A DNA stretch of 64,000 nt from Planctomycetota bacterium (GTDB taxonomy: Bacteria; Planctomycetota; UBA1135; UBA2386), in contig OZ245838.1 in the NCBI GenBank assembly GCA_965228735.1, positions 384,001 to 448,000 on the forward strand, given 5' to 3'. Below, in pieces: positions 60,879 to 64,000 of the stretch. The notes under the pieces were generated by a model. It worked only from the letters and a program-made list of their open reading frames with translations. It searched no databases and was not told the DNA's origin. The position numbers and the translations under genes were made by a program. Numbering within the stretch: the first letter of the stretch is position 1; each line of letters opens with the position of its first letter.

Positions 60879-62180
60879 ATGGGCTACTGCGACGACGCAC
60901 CGATCCTGCGGCTGGAGCGCGGCGAGTTCTCGATCGAGCATTGGCCGGCCGAGCTCCGCGTTCCGTTCGGCTTGAGGCGACGCGGCGACCGGCTCATCGG
61001 TCCGGCGCGGATGCGGGCGCGGGCCCGGTTGACGTTGCAGGACGCCGGTGTCCTGTTCTTCGACAAGACGGGGATCCGGCCCGGCTCGGGCGGGTTGGAC
61101 GAGCCGTCGGATCCGTTCGGTGGCGGCGTGCTGCTGACGGCGCTCGCGTTGGCCGACAATCGCGGCCTCGTGCAGGGTCTTGCCGAGGAACGGCGCTACG
61201 AACTGGTCGACGAACTCGTTCGGGGTTGGCGGCGGAACGGTCTGGTCCTGACTCGCGACTCGGCCGCGTCGATACGCTGGCGCGAACGGATGGCCGCAGC
61301 GGGTCTGGCGCGTGCGGTCGTCGTCGAATCGATCGGGACGCGTGATGTGATGGCCGCCGTCCGGGCGTTCGATCTGCTCATCGTGGATGGCGTCGAGCAC
61401 GTGCCGCGGACGCGCCTCTTGGCGGTTCTGGACGGCTCGCCGGCGCTCGGTCGGCTGGGGTTTCTCGATCGCCTCGATACCCGGTTGGCGGAGCAGCTGG
61501 CGCCCGGCTTGGGGTCGGTGTTGCACTGCTCCGAGCGGGTAGTGGAGCGCGCGCATCGCGAGCTGAGAGTGCCGTTGCCGGACGACGTGCGCGAGGCCTA
61601 TGACAAGGCCTGGCACACGTTCTTCGCCGCATTCGATCGCTTCGCTTATCGGCGGCCGGACGCTGGGTTCGGCGCGTTCATCGCGGAGGCGCGTCGGGAG
61701 CCGGGTTGGCGGCCGGCGCTGACGGCGTGGCACCGCGCCAACCAGATCGCCGGTTGGCATCAGAACAAGCTCGAGCTGATCGGCGACCTGGCGAGCGAGT
61801 ACGGCGATCGCCGGCTGCTCGTGTTCACGCCGACCCGTCAGGCCGCGTACGACCTGGCGCAGGCGTTCTTGCTGCCCGCCGTGACCGCCGAGATTCCGTT
61901 GCACGAACGCCGAGATCTGATCGCGGGTTTCGCCGCTGGCGATTACCCGGCGTTGGTCGGACCGCGGCTGCTCGACCTCGGCGTGTCCGAGGGGGCGGCC
62001 GACGTGGCAATCCTTGCCGGTGGTACGGCCGGTGCGAGCCAGCGCGGCGCGCGCGCGAGCCGCGTTCGAAGCGGTGGCGAGATCGTGCAACTCGCGAGTC
62101 TCGATACTCTGGAGGTGGGCCGTGCCCAGCGTTGGCGTACCGACGATCGCGCCGCACCGGATACCGTTGACGCAGGTTGA
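60879..62180 (+). CDS. Degenerate XPB/Rad25-like SF2 helicase
   Basis: Domain order retained (KLELI..L, RLLVFT, HERRDLI..F, LDLGV...ADVAILAG), but Walker A and DExH are altered. Confidence 0.65.
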   Translation: MGYCDDAPILRLERGEFSIEHWPAELRVPFGLRRRGDRLIGPARMRARARLTLQDAGVLFFDKTGIRPGSGGLDEPSDPFGGGVLLTALALADNRGLVQGLAEERRYELVDELVRGWRRNGLVLTRDSAASIRWRERMAAAGLARAVVVESIGTRDVMAAVRAFDLLIVDGVEHVPRTRLLAVLDGSPALGRLGFLDRLDTRLAEQLAPGLGSVLHCSERVVERAHRELRVPLPDDVREAYDKAWHTFFAAFDRFAYRRPDAGFGAFIAEARREPGWRPALTAWHRANQIAGWHQNKLELIGDLASEYGDRRLLVFTPTRQAAYDLAQAFLLPAVTAEIPLHERRDLIAGFAAGDYPALVGPRLLDLGVSEGAADVAILAGGTAGASQRGARASRVRSGGEIVQLASLDTLEVGRAQRWRTDDRAAPDTVDAG

Positions 62181-63228
62181 CGGCGAGATCGTGCCGAGCT
62201 GGCTCGGGGATCGCGATCGACCGTGGTTGCGTGATCTCATCGAGGCCGCTGCCGGCTACGTCGGGCGGCGGGTGCACGAATGGATTCGTCGTTGCCGCGA
62301 CTCGGACATCGACCCGCGGGCCGGTGGCCGTCAGGCCGTGGCGCTGCACGTGCTGGAGCACTGGTTACGGCGTTCGGCGGCGGCGCCGGCACGTTCGGCG
62401 CTGCGGCTGCAGCTGTACCGGGCGCGGTCGGGCGGTGCTGGAGGCGCCGCGGGGGGAGCTGCCGTCGCTGGTGCCACCGACCGGGATTCGATGTTCGACG
62501 ACGTGCCGCTGCGCCGCGCGATCCGTTGGCCCGACCCGGCGCCGGAACCGACTCGGCTGGCCCATGTCGCCAACACGACGATGGCGCAGAGCCTCCTGCG
62601 GCACGCCTCGTCGGTGGTGCTGGGGGTCTTTGGCGCGTCGCACGCGGTGCTTCGCACGGCCTGGCTGCACGGCGCCAGGCTGGAACCGGTGGCCGGCAAC
62701 GCGGGGGCGCTGCAGGCCCGCTGGCGGCGTTCGACGACCAGCGAGCCGTTCCGCACGATGGCCGCGATCGTGCCGCTGTTGCCGTGGATGCGGCGCTACC
62801 GCCTGGTCGCCGAGTGCGACCTCGGCACCCGGCGCGGTTCGTTCGTGCTGACGACCGGCGATCCGCTGCAGCCGGGCGACGAACCGCGACGCTTCGACAG
62901 CCGGCTCGAACGACGGTTCGCGGACGATCTGCTGCGGCTGGCTCCCGACTGTCGACTAGTGCGCGAGCCGGTGCCGGTGCTGACGTCACGCGGCCTGGCG
63001 TTCCCCGACTTCGCCCTGGTCCGGCCGGGTCGCCCGACCTGGCTGTGCGAGGTCGCCGGCCTGCGCGATCGCACCGCGCTGCCGGCCAAGCTGGCGCTGC
63101 TCGACCATCCACGACTGGTCTTGTGCCTGCCCGAGCGCGCGGTGCCGGCGGAGCGGCGAGGCCATCCGCGGGTGGTGCCGTTCCGGCGGTCGGTGGATGT
63201 CGCCGCGGTGCTGTCGGTGGTGGGGTGA
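62122..63228 (+). CDS. DUF790 (Bax1-like) PD-(D/E)xK nuclease family protein
   Basis: FDSRLERRFA, LVREP, FPDF, CEVAG, AKL. Start uncertain. Confidence 0.75.
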   Translation: MPSVGVPTIAPHRIPLTQVDGEIVPSWLGDRDRPWLRDLIEAAAGYVGRRVHEWIRRCRDSDIDPRAGGRQAVALHVLEHWLRRSAAAPARSALRLQLYRARSGGAGGAAGGAAVAGATDRDSMFDDVPLRRAIRWPDPAPEPTRLAHVANTTMAQSLLRHASSVVLGVFGASHAVLRTAWLHGARLEPVAGNAGALQARWRRSTTSEPFRTMAAIVPLLPWMRRYRLVAECDLGTRRGSFVLTTGDPLQPGDEPRRFDSRLERRFADDLLRLAPDCRLVREPVPVLTSRGLAFPDFALVRPGRPTWLCEVAGLRDRTALPAKLALLDHPRLVLCLPERAVPAERRGHPRVVPFRRSVDVAAVLSVVG

Positions 63229-63681
63229 GTCGTCACTCGCCGGCGAACAGCGCCGGTGACAGCAGCAGTACCTACTTCCACCCGACGGCGGCGAAGGCCC
63301 GGCCGGCGCGGGTTGATCCCGATCGCCAGATGGCCGCGAGGTGCGCTCGGGTTGTATGGTCGCAGCAGTTCCGGTCGCTCGCGCGCGGTATGCCTTGCTT
63401 CGAGCGGGGCAAGAACATGCTTCGAACGTGCCAGCGGCGAGTCCCTGCACCATGACGAGACCGATCACTCGTTCCGACACCCTGGCCGACCTCGCCGTCC
63501 GCCTCGCCGCGCGGCCCGAGCAAATCCGCGATCGGATGAGCGAGCGGACGCCGTTGCTCCGGGCCGGTGCAGCGCGGCCGGCGCCATTTCCCGGCCCGGC
63601 TGCGTGCCAGCGTGATCCGAGGGCGCGCGCGGGTCTCGAGAGCGGCGTGCCGTTGCGGCGCGCCTTGCCGACGAATCAACC

Positions 63682-64000
63682 ATGACGCACGTCGTCGCCG
63701 AACCCTGCGTCAACTGCAAGTACACCGACTGCGTCGAGGTCTGCCCGGTCGACGCCTTCCGCGAGGGCGAGAACTGCCTGGTCATCAGCCCCGACGACTG
63801 CATCGACTGCACGCTGTGCGTGTCGCAGTGCCCGGTCGGCGCCATCCACATCGAGGGCGAGCTGCCCGCGAAGTGGGCCGAGTGGCTCGCGCTGAACGCC
63901 ACGTTCAGTCGCCGCTGGCCGGTCATCACCAGGCAGAAGGAACCGCGCGCCGATCACGAGCGTTGGGCGGCGGTCGCGGACAAGCGGGCCGCGCTGTCGG
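63682..64000 (+). CDS. fdxA: 7Fe ferredoxin FdxA-type (3' end runs off the window)
   Basis: Read by hand: [26 protein letters not shown]...[19 protein letters not shown]...WPVIT. Confidence 0.92.
   Translation, partial: MTHVVAEPCVNCKYTDCVEVCPVDAFREGENCLVISPDDCIDCTLCVSQCPVGAIHIEGELPAKWAEWLALNATFSRRWPVITRQKEPRADHERWAAVADKRAALS

Noticed and set aside
63452..63685. Short ORF MTRPITRSDTLADLAVRLA upstream of fdxA, faintly like the N-terminus of an iron-sulfur repair (RIC) protein
   Set aside because: The similarity is limited to a few residues and there is no DFCC motif.

Overview
High-GC (about 70% by eye) bacterial DNA with roughly 50 CDS. The gene content points to Planctomycetota (inference): ECF sigma factors paired with Ser/Thr kinases, ELWxxDGT, FG-GAP, LRR and WD40 repeat proteins, and many large secreted proteins. 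No rRNA, tRNA, CRISPR array or transposase was seen. Main blocks: (1) an orphan retinal-pathway remnant (crtY 3' fragment plus blh); (2) several secreted proteins that share a C-terminal domain; (3) three ECF sigma modules; (4) a candidate selenoprotein, a methyltransferase-FG-GAP fusion with an in-frame UGA in a 'U-C' motif followed by a SECIS-like hairpin, directly upstream of a PhnCDE-like 'putative selenate' ABC transporter; (5) an RND efflux operon with a NemR-like TetR and its palindromic operator; (6) a 9-kb glutathione cluster (frmA, two MBL hydrolases, Grx, yadGH-like ABC, cyanobacterial-type gshA, gshB, bolA, grxD) interrupted by a lower-GC HATPase/STAS-like gene; (7) a cobalamin riboswitch upstream of a secreted protein; (8) a degenerate XPB-like helicase with DUF790; (9) a partial fdxA. 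Start codons were refined by eye, and all family calls come from motif recognition rather than database searches.
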